In this document: piece by piece, positions 11,727 to 25,010 of the stretch
Layout of the letters: every line of letters starts with the position of its first letter
How positions within the stretch are numbered: the stretch's first letter is position 1
Assembly: GCA_907165135.1 (NCBI GenBank)
Contig: OU015566.1
Location: 5,704,001-5,768,000, forward strand
Reading direction: 5' to 3'
Length of the DNA stretch: 64,000 nucleotides
From: Oikopleura dioica
Taxonomy: Eukaryota; Animalia; Chordata
Notes under the pieces: model-generated
Told to the model about the DNA's origin: nothing
Database searches by the model: none
What the model saw: only the letters and a program-made list of their open reading frames with translations
Position numbers and translations under genes: made by a program

Positions 11727-12712
11727 ATGGACCGAAATCGCATAAATGCATTTCTATTGACATTCCTGAGGGAAACGGGGCGAAAAGAAACCTTAAATGT
11801 ACTCAAAAATGAACTACAAGAAGATAAAAAAGAAGAGAACACAATATCGGCGAGAGTAAAACTAAGTTTTACCATTCAAAGACCTCCGAAAAGAAAGCCA
11901 TTGCTCGAAGTTCCAGTTATCAAAGAACGAGCGAAAAAAGCAAAAATTGCCAGTGATGACCCCCAAGTAACAGGTTTTGATTACACTAGTATCTCACGAA
12001 AAACATTCCTTTAGAGAAGATAGAAAAAATTCCGAAAGAATTCAAGAAGCTAGCGAAAGCCGTTGGTCTCCCAAAAAGCCACCTGGACTTTTTCTACAAG
12101 CATCGAGACAGCTTTCATTGGGAAATGAAGAAAGACAACAATATCTACTGCACTGGCAAGCGCGGCAACTGTAAATTCAAGACAAAAGTAAAGAAGAACT
12201 GCCTTTTCGATCACATGATTTCCGTCCACAATCACGGCGAGTTCAAATGCAAGCAAGAGAACTGCGAATACGTCGGCTACTCCCAGACAAATCTGAAAAT
12301 GCACGTCGCCCAATTCCACGGTATCGGAAAATTCGGCTCCAATCGAAACAGAGGATTTCCATGCTCCTTTTAAACTTGTGATTACGCCGCTACTAGTGCT
12401 GCCGATCTTCAAAAGCACCAAGCTGTTCATAAAAATATCCTTCTCCGTTGCGAATTCTGTACTTACAGTTCTACGAATATGAAAAACTTAGATTTCCACA
12501 TGCTTGTTCATTTCCGCATCCTAAACTTTCAATGTGATCTCTGTCCATCCAAGTTTTCCCGTAAGCTCGATTTGAATCGACATAAGGAAATCCACACTCA
12601 AGAATCTCGTGACTGCAATTACTGCCATGCAGGATTTCCGAAACGGCATTTGCTTCAGAAACACCTTTTGACTTGTGAGACTCGGCTTAGATTTTACAAG
12701 GAATATCACTGA
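11727..12712 (+). pseudogene. LisH + C2H2 zinc-finger paralog 3 with an in-frame TAA inside a finger
   Basis: Begins MDRNRINAFLLTFLRETGRKETLNVLKNEL. ORFs 12125-12373 and 12479-12712 share a frame and are separated by TAA at 12371-12373 within C-S-F-*-T-C-D-Y. Confidence 0.7.
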
Positions 12713-12789
12713 ATATCCGTCAGCCAATAAGAATTTGATCTTATACTGATACCACGGTGTAGACTCATAAATCAGCAAGATGTTTTAAG

Positions 12790-13736
12790 ATGGGCCGTCG
12801 AGAACGAGACGAGGATAAATACTACGGAAGAAGCGAAAGAGATCGAGAAAGAAGAAAACGAAGCAGATCAAGGGATCGAAGTCGAGACAGAGATCGTCGA
12901 AAGCGATCACGTGATCGGTCGAGATCTCGAGATCGTCGACGAGATCAAGGCAGAGGAAGGCAAAATGGGCAAAACAAAGAAAAGAGCTTGAAAAATCAAG
13001 CAAATCATCCGCCAGTCAGGTATTTTTGCAGATTCTTCTGTCTCATATTTTCTCAAAGACCGCCAAACAAATCCCTCTTTATTCGCCCTCTCCAGCCAAA
13101 TATCTCTCCAGAACAAATCGCCCCGTTCTTCCAAGACTTTGGCGAAATTCGCGACATTCATATTCCAATTGATTTCAAAACGCAGAAAATGCGAGGTTTT
13201 TGCTACGTCGAGTTCGAGGAACTTGGCGACGCTGAAGTGGCGAGAGAGCACTACAACAATCCCGACAATAAGCTTGAAATTGGCGGGAAACAGCTATCGG
13301 TTCAATATGCTTTTGGTGATCGAAAAAGTAAGACTGAAGTAGTTCGTTTGTTAATCTATTAAAAATTTTCTAGCGCCCGGTCAGATGAAGGGTCAAAAAG
13401 AGGCTTCAGCGTTGTTGAACGAAATCAAAGTTATTCAATTGAAATTCAGGTGATTCAGAATCTTCTGACTGCATTTTTACTGCTTGTTTCAGGCGAGAAC
13501 AGCGCGATAAAAGACGACGATCAAGGGAAAGAAGAGCCGCTGCTGGACTGCCTCCAACAACAAGTGACGAAGATACCAGGTTCAAAATACTCCCTCATCA
13601 GAGTATTATTCGTTTTTCTAGTGATGAAGAATACATTCTCGAAGAACGAAAAGGCCGAAAACGAGGCCTCTTCGACCAAGACACCTTCGTGCGTCGAAGA
13701 AAGAGATCCCGTAGCCGAGATCGTTTTAAAACATAA
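12790..13736 (+). CDS. SRSF10: SR splicing factor, SRSF10/12-like RRM with RS regions on both sides
   Basis: RPPNKSLFIR...DIHIPIDFKTQKMRGFCYVEFE...QYAFGDRK..PGQMK matches the SRSF10/12 RRM. RS-rich N- and C-terminal segments. Confidence 0.75.
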
Positions 13737-13894
13737 TTTCTTAGATTGCTGTTTTACTACTGCCTCTGTTCCTTTAAAATTTCTCTCTGTGTAAACGGAA
13801 AACATTTCAAAAACTTCAACAATATATCATCAATCAAAAATTAAGAGTCTGAAAAAGGGGCTGATCGGAGGAGAGAATCCTCGGCAGATGCATC

Positions 13895-15459
13895 ATGCAG
13901 TACGTTAATCATGAATACTATCACGTGATACTTGAGCCTACTCCCACTCCAGATACTGAAGTAAACGAGCCCGAAGCAAGGGAGACTGTGGAGTCAGAAG
14001 AAAACAAAGAAAAATACTACGTCCCGACTCGTTTTCCCAATGAGGAGCTTTCAAAAGAAGCCATGCGGAAGTACATCGCAGATCCTTGCAACACAACACT
14101 CGTTATCAAACACCCAAAAGTCGCCCAAAAGTCATATGGGCGGGAAAGACGACTCATTTGCCCACCCCCGATAATTTCTCTCGAAGGGGAGGGCTGGAAA
14201 CTCAAGCAAAAGGAGATTCACGACAGAGCCGACTACAAAGACGGAGATGAAGAAATTTTCGCGTTCATCGGCATTGATAGCGATTATCAACAACTATACT
14301 TTGGAAAAAATGACTTTTCTGTAGCTCGAACGCTTTCTGTTACCGAAACGGAAAAGAGGAGCTGCGGAAGCACCGCCAAACGTGACTTCACACTGAATTT
14401 GAAAATGTTTTTCGGGAATGGAGAAAGCTTGGGCAATTTCGAGTCCCTACCAATGTCCGTGATCGCCAAGCCGTCAAAGAAAAGAAAGGTTGCAAGAATG
14501 TCAATTTCTCCATTCTTGGCGGTGCCAAAGTGGCCCTATTCAATCGTCAAAGATCTCAGACGCTCAGAACAAAATATCTTCGCGCAGAAGGGGAAAAAAT
14601 CCTCGCATCTTCAGAAAAATGGGGCTCTTTTTACATCTATGTGGTGCCGTATGATCAAGCCGAAAGCGAGGAATTCAAAGCCGAAGAGGGGATTATCCAC
14701 TACGGGAATACTGTAAAGCTGGTCTGCACAGAAACAAGCATGGCACTGCCCTTGGCAATCATAGGCAGAGTTGACGGTACACAGGCTCTGCTTGATGAAG
14801 ACGATCCTGTTTCCGAGCTTCAGAAATGCTGTTTCCGTTTCAGAGACAATCCTATGCACTACCTTGCTGTCCAAGGTGAAAAGATCGTCCAGCATGTTGC
14901 TGTGCCCGTCTTAGGAGACCATCGAAGACACATCATTCCCGAAAACTGCGTTCTGACGATTATATCGACGCATCAAGAAAAATACACCTTTTGCGATACT
15001 TCCTCCGCCGCCGACTTTTCATTGCCGCATCCAGTTATCCAAAAAGTCCTGCTCGATGCCTCAAGAGGAAATGCCTGCTTGGATCTACTCGGGAAAAACT
15101 TCAGTTCGACTTTGAAGGTTTGGTTTGGCGATTGCGAGGCGAAGACAATCATTCAATCGGATACGAACATCATCGCAATGGTACCTGACAGGAAGTTGGT
15201 CCAGCCCGATTTGAGCCCCGAAATGGCAAAAGAAAAGCTAGATGTTCCGATCAGTCTTGTTCGTTTCGATGGAGTGATCTTCCCCTACGAAGAATTCCAC
15301 TTCACTTATTGCCCCGAAACTGACGAAACTTCGGGTGCACCTGTCGTCGACAATCCAAGCCCGAAGCGAGCAAAAATCGACGAAAATCCCACTCTCGACA
15401 CAGAAAACAACCCCTTAGCCGCGATCCAACCTAGTTCACCGACCAAAACTGACACTTAG
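13895..15459 (+). CDS. RBPJ: Divergent intronless CSL/Su(H)/RBPJ homolog with a 1-nt frameshift near 14486
   Basis: KVAQKSYGRERRLICPPP, KVALFNRQRSQT, WGSFYI, IHYGNTVKLVC, DDPVSELQKCCF, LKVWFGD and ISLVRFDGVIF give the NTD-BTD-CTD order. Confidence 0.9.
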
Positions 15460-15623
15460 CTGTTCTTTTTTCAACTGCCTCTCTTCGTACTGCCTCTTTG
15501 CTGTACTTACTCTTACGTTCCAGTTTCCCTCTACTGAAGTCTGATGCAAATCTTTTATTGGAAATACTCAAAAATGAAAAACAATATTAATTTCTTTCTC
15601 TCATTCAGGCAAAGCATGAAAAT

Positions 15624-18600
15624 ATGAATCGAGGACGGGGCGGAAGAAAAGGTCCATCTCACGTGGCCCCGTCAAATGTCCAGACACTCGGAGTTCGCGG
15701 ACAACAAAAGTCAAATCTACCGGCAAGTCTTCAAGCTCGTCCTCCAGGAATCCTGAGAGGCTCTTCAAGCAGAACGAATATTGGCGGAACTCGATCTGAG
15801 AGTCCGAAACTCCGTGATGCTGTGGAACAAGTCAAAATCGCGTTCGACTTTTCCGTCATCAAGAAACTGGGAGATGCGAGCTCAGAAAAACCTTCTCTCG
15901 AAGAAATGGGTAAAATGCGACATTTGTTCCTCAAGCTGAAATTTTTGCGAATCGGAAGAGATGATCCAAAAGGAGAAGTGCTAAACAATATCACGACTGG
16001 ACTGAGCTACTTGGCCATCAAGAGACCATCGTTGTTTCAAACTGACAGTGCGTTGATAGACGCGCAAGCTATCTTTTCCGGCGATGGAATTCCCCCGAGC
16101 CAAAGAACTCCGTACAGCAAGTACCACCAAATCGAGCTGTTTACTGTCAATCTTCTTTGGTCAGCCTTCAAGAGCGTCCCGAAGTGGCCACTGGAACTGG
16201 CGCGAATTTACATAGAAGACGCAGCTCGAAATCGCGACTGGGTCGATCACCCACTTTGTTTTCCATTCACTGAAAACATCAAGGCCCATTTCAAGTCGTT
16301 TCCAGTCCCGAATGAGCATCGAACCTGGTCTGTTGAAAACGCCGCTTCTGGTGTTCTAACTGAGCCGGCTTTTGACAGATTTGAGGAAGAACAGTCCCCG
16401 GCCATTCAACAAATGATCCTTGATCAATATATGCGGCGGCCAACAGCTGATCCATTGACGAGATCTCTCGTGATTCTTGGGATCGCGACAACAGGTTTCT
16501 TTGACGTCCGAAAAATGATTGTTTCGCGACTCGAAGCGATGTTTAACAATCCAAAGCTGCTGAAGCCCGGGCAAGAAATGTTCGCGTCTCTCTGCATAAA
16601 TGCTACGACTAGCAACGAGGTCGAAATCATCCACGGGATTTTGAACATCCGTCATCGTCAAAAACCAGTCAACTTCTTTCTCAACTCTTTGTCGCTCTTG
16701 TCCAAGGCGAGTCCCAACAATTTCACTTTGATGATCCAGCGCATTGTTTTCGCAGAATTCGACTCGGTCAAGAATACGCAGGGACACATGGCGATCATGA
16801 ACCATTTCTTGAACTCTGGTCAGGAGCTACGAGAAAAAACAGCGGCCGAACTTGCGCGACAGTTCAATATGGTCACTGGACAGGTCAACCAGTCACAATT
16901 TGCGCAGATAATGAGGACTCTGCGAAACACATTGCGGGAAATCAGCAAAATATCAAAATCGAATATCGGCCATTTTCTCAAGCATTTTTCAAGAGCGCTT
17001 CTTGAAGAGTGCCGTCCCGGAACACAAGAAACGCGACAAGCGACGATTGACGGACTCTTGGATCTGGCGAATCTTTGTTGTTATTTGAGAGCATCAGGAA
17101 TTCGCGATCAATTGTTGAAAGGACCGATAAGCGACGATGAACGCGCAGAACGACTCAAGTTTGAGAATGATATCGCTGATATTCAACAGCAGCAAATCCG
17201 ATGGATTCAGAATACATTCGTTCAGGTCTTCAGCCCAACAAATGATGAGATGACAGCTGCTGTGGATCAGATCATGTTCATGGGAAAGAAGGAATCGCCT
17301 GTTTCTCTCTTTGAGCCAGCCTGGCCGCCGGAAACTGATAGAACGATGATGTCATCTGCTGTGACATCTTGTGATGTTCGAGAAGGAACGATTTTGCGCC
17401 TTACTTTTATCGGTAGAAAGTTTGGAAATTCGTATGCGATGGAATTGATCTGGAAGATTATCAACAGATGCTGCGAAAAGGGCTCTCGACTGTCGGGAAT
17501 AAATGATCCAGCTCAATTAACGGAAAGTCTTCTTCAACTCGCCTGGCACGATGATCCGCCAATAAAGATCAATAGTTCTGTCGGGAAATTCGCGAGTACA
17601 GAAGCACTTTGGAAGTGGCATCTTTTGGCGCTCATTCTTTCGGCTTTTTCACCACAAGAAATAGGAAAACACGTTTGGGCCTGCTACCCGCAAATGCGAA
17701 TACTGATCACTTACTGTATCACTGGACAAATTTTACTCACTCAAGAGGAGAGACAGAAAATACTCTACCAACGACAGCGGGAAGCAGATGCAATTCTAGT
17801 TGCAGAAGCGACGAATCGAGCTTTAGAAACGATCCCAAAAGACGATTCGAAATACCTCGCTGATTTTTGCATCATTAACGCCAATGAAAACCTCCGTAAC
17901 GTTCCAACCTCTCTCCAGGAAGAAATTTCAAGTTTGAATAAAACGATCAAGCTTGATTCGCTCTTATCTGAAAACCGAGATCCAGACTTTCTCGAACTCC
18001 TAGTCAAGGAAAGTACAGTCGACAGTACTCTCGACTGGATCATTGATCTCGTCAATCAACAGCCTAAAGAGCGATTCAAGATGCTTCCGATTTCCGTCCT
18101 CGCTGAATACTTGATCCTAACGAGAATTCCGCTCAATAATGAAAGCGCAGGTGAAAATTCTCAACTGAGTGCTTCAAAGAAGCGGATCGAAGAAGTGTTT
18201 TCTCATTTGGAAGATCAGTTGAAAGAAAACCCAGAACCGTTACTCGACCATATTGTCAAGCGGCTCGCATCCGAGAGCTACACTCAGCGGAGCTGCGCGA
18301 CGCAGCTCATTGTCCAGCTTTACAAAAAAGAAGCGATGGAGGACTCGGTCATGGAATGCTCCGATGATAAACCGGTAGAGCTCAGTTTGATCCTCAGTCA
18401 TTTGCTCGTGCTGAAAAACTCGAAATACGCGCGGAAGAATTTGATAAACGCAATATACGTCGAGTCTAATTTGCAAATGATCGTTGGCTATTTGTCGCTC
18501 TTGGAGGAATTTATTCAGTTCGACAATGAAAGCTTCGAGGATGTTTTCGACCTGGCGGCTGCTCTTTCGCACTTTTTACTCCATGGCTTGCTGACATCCA

Positions 18601-21600
18601 CGCGTCACTTGCAAAACCAAAAAATTGCTGACAATAGAACTATGGTCACGTTTATTATCAAAGGTAATCCCGAATTTATCAGTCAATTCTTACCCTTTTC
18701 AAGTCTTCAATAAGATCACCAACTGGATTTTCGTCCTCAACGACGATGAGAAGATCTCAAAGAAGCTTCAAAACTGGACTTGCGAGCGCAACACCGACGT
18801 AATAACATTTTCCATGGAAGGGAGAAACATTTGCATTCCCAAAAACTTCCTCTATTCCGTCCTGATCGTCCTCTCCCTCAAATTCAACAATGAACTAGCG
18901 CTTCACTGGTTGAACGATTTCAACACGGGCTTCACATCTGAAATCAAAACTGAACTGCCTAAATGGCTGATCGAGTTTGCTTCCGGAAGCTTCTGCCCTG
19001 AAATAATCGAACTCGCAGTCAGAAAAATGAGCAAAGCTGAAATTATGAAGAGCGCTCGGTGGCACGATTTGGAAGGGGAGCATATGTCCCAGTTCCTCAA
19101 AATTGTCGACAAGAGATTCAAGGAAGACGCATCAAAGCCGAATGCTAGTAAATTTCCTTCACTGAACTTTTCCATCCGCCTGCTGAACGAACATGTCTCC
19201 GAGTCACCGGATAAAGAGGGATCTGAGCTGCTCAAAGCACTAGAAGGGATCAAAATAACCGACTCAAAAGAACCTTCAGCTTTCAAGTTTCCACAGGTCA
19301 AAAAAGAAGAGCCTAAAGATGACCAGATGGAAGCAGAAATGTCATTGACCAACGAACTAAAGAGCTACTTCGAAACTGAAAAAGTGACTTCAGCGAGACT
19401 TCATTCACTCTTGAAGAAGATTTCTTCAGCCGAAGATCTCTCTCCAGCTATTGCTACGCTGATGCCCCTGATTGGTAAGAACAACTCTGCTGTGTACACA
19501 ACTCACATTTCTGGCTTCGGAAATATCATCAGGCGGATCGGAACGACTTTGCAGAAGAAAAACAAGCTCATCGATCTGGAAGACTTTGTCCCGATTATGA
19601 CTCGGCATCTCTCAGAAGAACGCGTCGCGCAGAATCCGAAGCTGAATACGCTTCGTCTTATTGCTTTGGATTTCCATCGAAAAATCTTCACAAAAGCCAA
19701 GCCAGCTCCGAAACCAAAAGAAATCCCAGAAACCGTCGCCGTCAAATCGTTGGTTGCTCTTATCAACAAAGAGAGGACAAAAACCAACCGGGTTTCTTTG
19801 CAATCATTGGACACTTCTCCTGATGAAGACCAGCTGATCGGTTATCTCAGTGACATTTTGATAAATGATTATCATCGAGTGTTTTCTGAGACGAATGAGG
19901 ACGATTTGAAGCTGTTTTTCAATGCATCATCTCAACAGCTACAGGTAATTTCGGAAATTCGATGGTCTCTTCGTTGATTTCTTTATTCTCAGTCCATTTT
20001 TCTTTCTACTGCGGATTGGAACGTCATTCAAAACGCCATATCATTCCTCTTGTCCGAACGCTCCGCAGATGTGAATCACAACTCCGTTCTCGACTTTCTC
20101 TGGGCCTCCGAACGTATCCGGCGACTTTGGAAGGGACGAGAACAGCCAGCAGAGAAGTCGAAAGAATACATCATCAAAATGACAGTGCCACAGGTCGAAA
20201 TGTATCTTCACCACTTTTTGGCCGGCTGCGCAGATGAGTCGGAGATGGAGACAAGACTTCCTCAGCTTTTCCACTTTCTTCGTGGAGCAAAGATGAAAGG
20301 TAGCTTATTCAGAGCATTCATCAAATACTTAGTAACTTTCCTCTAGACTCGCAATTTATAAATCTTCGGAAGCACGTGGAATCTCTTAAAGTCGGCTCAC
20401 AAGACCTTCGAGGCAAGCTTGGAAATCTTCTCTACCTATTCCGTCCAGCAGGGCAAGAAGGCACCAAACTCGTTGGAACAGAATCTTCGGCTTGTTCCGT
20501 CGATAAAATCGTCTACCGAGTCATTCTTGATCTGGCAGCAATTGGAGAGTCGCAAACTATTGGAGATAAGATGAAAGATGCGTTTTTGTTCTGCGTTTCT
20601 TTGACATCTACGCATCCGCATCTGCTCCTTCGCCACTTGAATCTGATGGCCAGGTTTGCTCATTACAGTGGACATCTTCTTAAAAGATATCTCAGACTTC
20701 TGAAAGGCCGTTGCCACAATGAACTGAAAGATTTCCGCAATCAACGGCACATGGATTACTTCACCAACATCAGCGCAGTCATGTGCCACCTAGCTCCGCA
20801 TATGATGGAAGAGCGATACCTCCCTACCTTCAAGGACATCATCGCAGAATGCCTCGAGTTCCTTAGAGTCTATCCAAAGATTGCGAGACGGCAGAGTCGC
20901 CCGACGACGAATTCGATTTTGGCAATGATTAAAAAATTCTTGGAGTTGGATATTGTGAACGGCTTGAAGTTCTTAGAAGGTTACACGAGTCTCTGGAACG
21001 ATTTACATGGAGTGTATGGAAATGACACGAGAGATGTTCAGCTGTATTATTCTGTGTTCGTGGCGAAAGTGCCTCCATACCATGGTGGTAAGTTTAGTCT
21101 AAGAAAATGAGGGTTGGGCAGAATTTTTCAGTCATTTATCATTTCTAGCTCCGGAACAAGTCCTCCTCGCAATGCAAAACGAACACTTCCGCGGTTTCAG
21201 CCCAGAAGAGCGCGCTCATCACGACCACAACCTCAAGAGCTATCCAAATATGGTCATCGAAAGCATTCGTGCACTCCATCTCGCGCTTGATCAATTCGAT
21301 CGCGGTCCGAGAGCGATTATTCCTTTCGAACAGGGTGTTCTTGACGCATTGACATGCATTCTTCCCGACGCACGAGCCATGGCGTTTGATATTTTGCTGG
21401 AAATTCTTCGAGTTGAACCGACGAAAATCAAGCTGTATTACCAAAGAATGCTCGATGCTATGGATCAAGGTACGATTAGAACAACTACTTATGTTTACTA
21501 ACTTTGTTTAGGCCCTGAAATTCTGGAGACTGAAAGAGTCATGAAATTCACAATTCTAGCGATGACGAAAAGCGATGAAATCCTCAAGGCCGTTTTTCAT

Positions 21601-21681
21601 CGCGGCCAGAAACATGAAATTTCGGTGGCAAAAACCATCGGCCGCACAATCTCACTGCTATCACTTCTCCCTGCTTACTAG
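15624..21681 (+). CDS. INTS1: Integrator complex subunit 1, multi-exon
   Basis: IYIEDAARNRDWVDHPLCFPFTENI, LDFLWASERIRRLWKGRE and LLRHL...LLKGRCHNELKDFRNQRH match conserved INTS1 segments; length is about 1900 aa. Confidence 0.88.
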
Positions 21682-21775
21682 TCTGAAAAACTTCTTCCTG
21701 CCCTAAAATTAGTTCAAAATTGACCTCCACATTTTAATTCTTTAAATTGTCAAAGAAACTTTCAGAGGGAGAAAA

Positions 21776-22060
21776 ATGAACGGAATGAACGAGCAGCAGC
21801 AGATGCAAATGCAGAGCGAAATGATGCGGGACTTCCTGAAGTCTTACAACAAAACAACAAAGATCTGCTTCGACGATTGCGTCAGAAACTTCACCTCTGG
21901 CGAGCTCAGCGCTGATGAGAAATCATGTGGCCAGCGGTATGCTATTTTATCGCTTCTTATCTGTTCCATGACCACGTTTCTTAGATGCGTTACAAAGTAT
22001 CTCGAGTACTCTGCCAGAGTAGCCAAAGAGTTCATGAAGCGAAACAACCCCGGCGCTTGA
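21776..22060 (+). CDS. TIMM9: Small Tim chaperone (twin CX3C), Tim9-like
   Basis: DFLKSYNKTTKICFDDCVRNF...EKSCGQR|CVTKYL, with a short intron between the halves of the second CX3C. Confidence 0.8.
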   Translation: MNGMNEQQQMQMQSEMMRDFLKSYNKTTKICFDDCVRNFTSGELSADEKSCGQRYAILSLLICSMTTFLRCVTKYLEYSARVAKEFMKRNNPGA

Positions 22061-22189
22061 ATTTGACTGTACACTCTTGAACACTCGCCAGAATTATTAT
22101 TCTTATTTATGAACTCGATTGAAAATATAGGCTAATCAAAATACAACCCTAACTCGATTTTTTAATTGAAGAAACGAGACTCGACGAAA

Positions 22190-22661
22190 ATGGGAATCTC
22201 TCAAAGTCTCCAAAAAGTACCAGAGACGATTGGGGCAAAAATGAAGGACGCTCAAAATGAGATGATGGGAGCACAGATGAGTAGACAATTGAAAATGCAG
22301 GGGGCGATGCGAGAGAAGCAAATGTGCTTTCAAGTTGCTATGGCGAGGCAGAGATTTTGGGTAAGCATCTTCTATCTGTGGAAGGCCTTCTTTTCCATGA
22401 TATTTAAAATTTTTACAGTATTATCAACTGTTCGCAAGTGGTGTCGCTTTTGGCTGCATTGCGGGCGCTCTCAAAACCAAAAACGCAAAACTCGTCGCCC
22501 CACTTTGGCCCATTGGAATCGGCTACTCTTTCCAACATGACATGGCGTACGGCAACCTAATGGATCGAGCGCGCCTTGAAGCCGAAGAGATTTTGCTTCA
22601 GAAGCCAGATTGGCTTCAGATGCCCGGTGGAATGCCGACTGTTGAAGAGCTTTCAAAATGA
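22190..22661 (+). CDS. PLGRKT: Plasminogen receptor KT family protein
   Basis: RQLKMQGAMREKQMCFQVAMARQ and, after one intron, QHDMAYGNLMDRARLEAEEIL...LQMPGG. Confidence 0.85.
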
Positions 22662-22948
22662 AGTCTTCCTTGATTTCAGTTTATTTTCCGGTTCATTCAA
22701 AAATTCAAACAAACAATGAAATTCTAATTACTGCGTTATCTTCATTCGAGTATTTTCTTTTCAATGCTTCTGATTCATTTTTAATTCTTATCTTCCCGAA
22801 AAAATAAATATAAACGCCTATATTTTCCAAACAGAATTGTCTCTCTTTTTAATATTTCTAAGTCTTTCTGTCCGCGAAGACAGATCAGCAGGCCGTAGCT
22901 AATTCCGCGATCACAGCGGACTGTATCTAGATAAACGCCACTTACTGT

Positions 22949-24970
22949 ATGAATCGCGCTTTCCGCTCCGTCCGTCACCTGAAGAAGAGATTCGAGCAAG
23001 ATCCGAAAGGGCGCCACAAGCGCTACAAAGACGAAATCTTCGAAAGCGCTCTCAAGGGCCAAAAAATCGGGCAGGCGGAGAAACATTCACTCGACAAAAA
23101 GAGTACCTTCAACAAATTCGGACTCAAGGTCGAAAAAACTGATGTCGACTACGCGCGTTATTATGGCGACCCAGCTTGGAAACGGCTTGAGAGAAAGAAG
23201 CAGGGGGAGAAGAATGAAATTATAAAATCCATCGGAAGGCCTGGAGAGAAAAATTCAAAGCCGACTCGTTTTGAGGTAATTGAAAGGTTTAACTCTTTGG
23301 GCGCGAGCCTGGTCCTATGCGTTGGCAACCGCGTGGCGCTTTAAAACGCCACGGAGTTTTTCTCAATTTTGAGCCATTTCTTAATAAATTTCTCTAATTT
23401 AAAAAGAAGTGTTAAAAAGAAAATCGTTTGGGCTATCCATTGATCCCAATTTTATCTTTTATCTCCGTCGGGAATAACTGTAAACAGCCATTGAAGATTG
23501 GCCGAAAAACAGGAAGGCGCCGCGCGCTCTCCCTCTGTTTTCCCTTTTTGAAGGGAAAAGCGCGTGAGTAACGCCTATTTTGGCCGAGTCAGACTTTTTC
23601 TTTTTGATTTTAGAGCAAGTTTTTGTAGCAAATTTATTTTTTTAAAACAATCACTAGGTAGAAAAATGTCCGAATTTTCCAGAAAAGTAAAAATTTTTAC
23701 ATTTCGCTAAGTTATTCGTAGAGAAATCGCCCGTCAAATTCCCCGTGGCGTTTAAAAACGCCACGCTCGCCCAAAGGGTTAAACAAGTGTTATTATGTGT
23801 TAAATCTCAGGGATCCGAGATACGTGGTAATCAGCTAATGGACGCGTTTGGCATCGTTGGGTTCACGGGCGCAACCTCAAAGTCGATTAGCGCCGACAAA
23901 CTTAAATCCATCGCGAGACAAAATCGCGAGCTGGAGAGCATCATCCCGACTTTGAACGAGAAATTGGCTCAACTAGCGATCAGCAATCCTGAATTGGAGG
24001 AAATATCTATCTTCGGAGTCAGAAAGCTCAGAAGAGACAAAATTCTAGTTTTACTGAGGCAAGACAAATGTGAGTAATGCTAGGAAAGTTTGCCCAAAGT
24101 AGGAATTACATGAATCATGAAAAAAGAAAGGGTCTTAAATTTAAACTGTTCTTTAGACAATAAATCATCACAAGACCAAATCCTGAGAGTGGTGAATCAC
24201 AACATTCGTTTTTTCAACGAACACGTTTCCGACCAAATCAATTCCGAGCAGCCTTTTGGCAGAAAAGTACGAGTTACAGTTGTTTTCGATTTGATGAGGA
24301 GGGATACCCAGCTCTTTGACCAAAGTTTATTTGTCGAGGACGTTTCTGAAGAAGAGCATGAAAAAGGTTAAGTTCAATTTATCTTGTCTAAAATTTCAAC
24401 TTGGCCAAATTGTGAACTGCGGTAAATCTTAATTTCCTGGTTGCTTTTTTAAACCCTTTCTTGTTCAATATTTCACTCAAAGCGATGTCCTGTCGCGATT
24501 CCCTGTGGCCATAAATAACCAATTCTGTCCTGTCCCCCGATATTGAGGATAGACAAATTAATTAACATTTATTCTTTGTAGCTATGACGGAGATCACCGA
24601 GCTCGCGAGAGCCCAATTCGAGTTCAAAAAAGAAAGAGATGCGGAGTACAGAAATGCGAAGGGATTAGAAAAGAGGCAATTTCGGATGCGAAAACAAGCT
24701 GATCAGATTTTGCCGCCAGAACAACTTGTTGATCATCGAAATCATAGTTCAGGAAAGGGTCGCAATGGCGGGCGTGTTCAAATCAATTCCTAAGCCTGTA
24801 CCTTTTTTAATATTGATGCTAAACAAATCTGACCCTTCTGACAGACGCCGCGTTTCAAAAAAGCAGTTCGGTCGAGCGACCAGAGTGGTTTCAAAAAGAC
24901 CAAAGAGAAGAGTTCGACGAAAATGTCATTTTTCTCGGAAAACAACGCTCACTTTCAGAATTCGATTAAT
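22949..24970 (+). CDS. Multi-exon protein, possibly mitochondrial RbfA-like
   Basis: Exons 22949-23276, 23811-about 24070, about 24168-24366 and later. LNEKLAQLAISNPELEEISIFGVRKL and RVTVVFD weakly recall the RbfA fold. The 3' end is uncertain. Confidence 0.4.
23293..23778. mobile_element. piggyBac-like MITE in an intron
   Basis: TTAA on both flanks (23289-23292, 23779-23782). Ends are CTCTTTGGGCG / CGCCCAAAGGG, with internal GTGGCG..AAACGCCAC palindromes. Lies in the GT-AG intron 23277-23810. Confidence 0.8.
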
Positions 24971-25010
24971 TTCGCTGTTGAGTTTTGAGCTGAGTGTGTT
25001 TAGACTGCCT

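Noticed and set aside
18625-18713. Overlap of the INTS1 ORFs as a frameshift
   Set aside because: Explained by a canonical short GT-AG intron at about 18664-18714.
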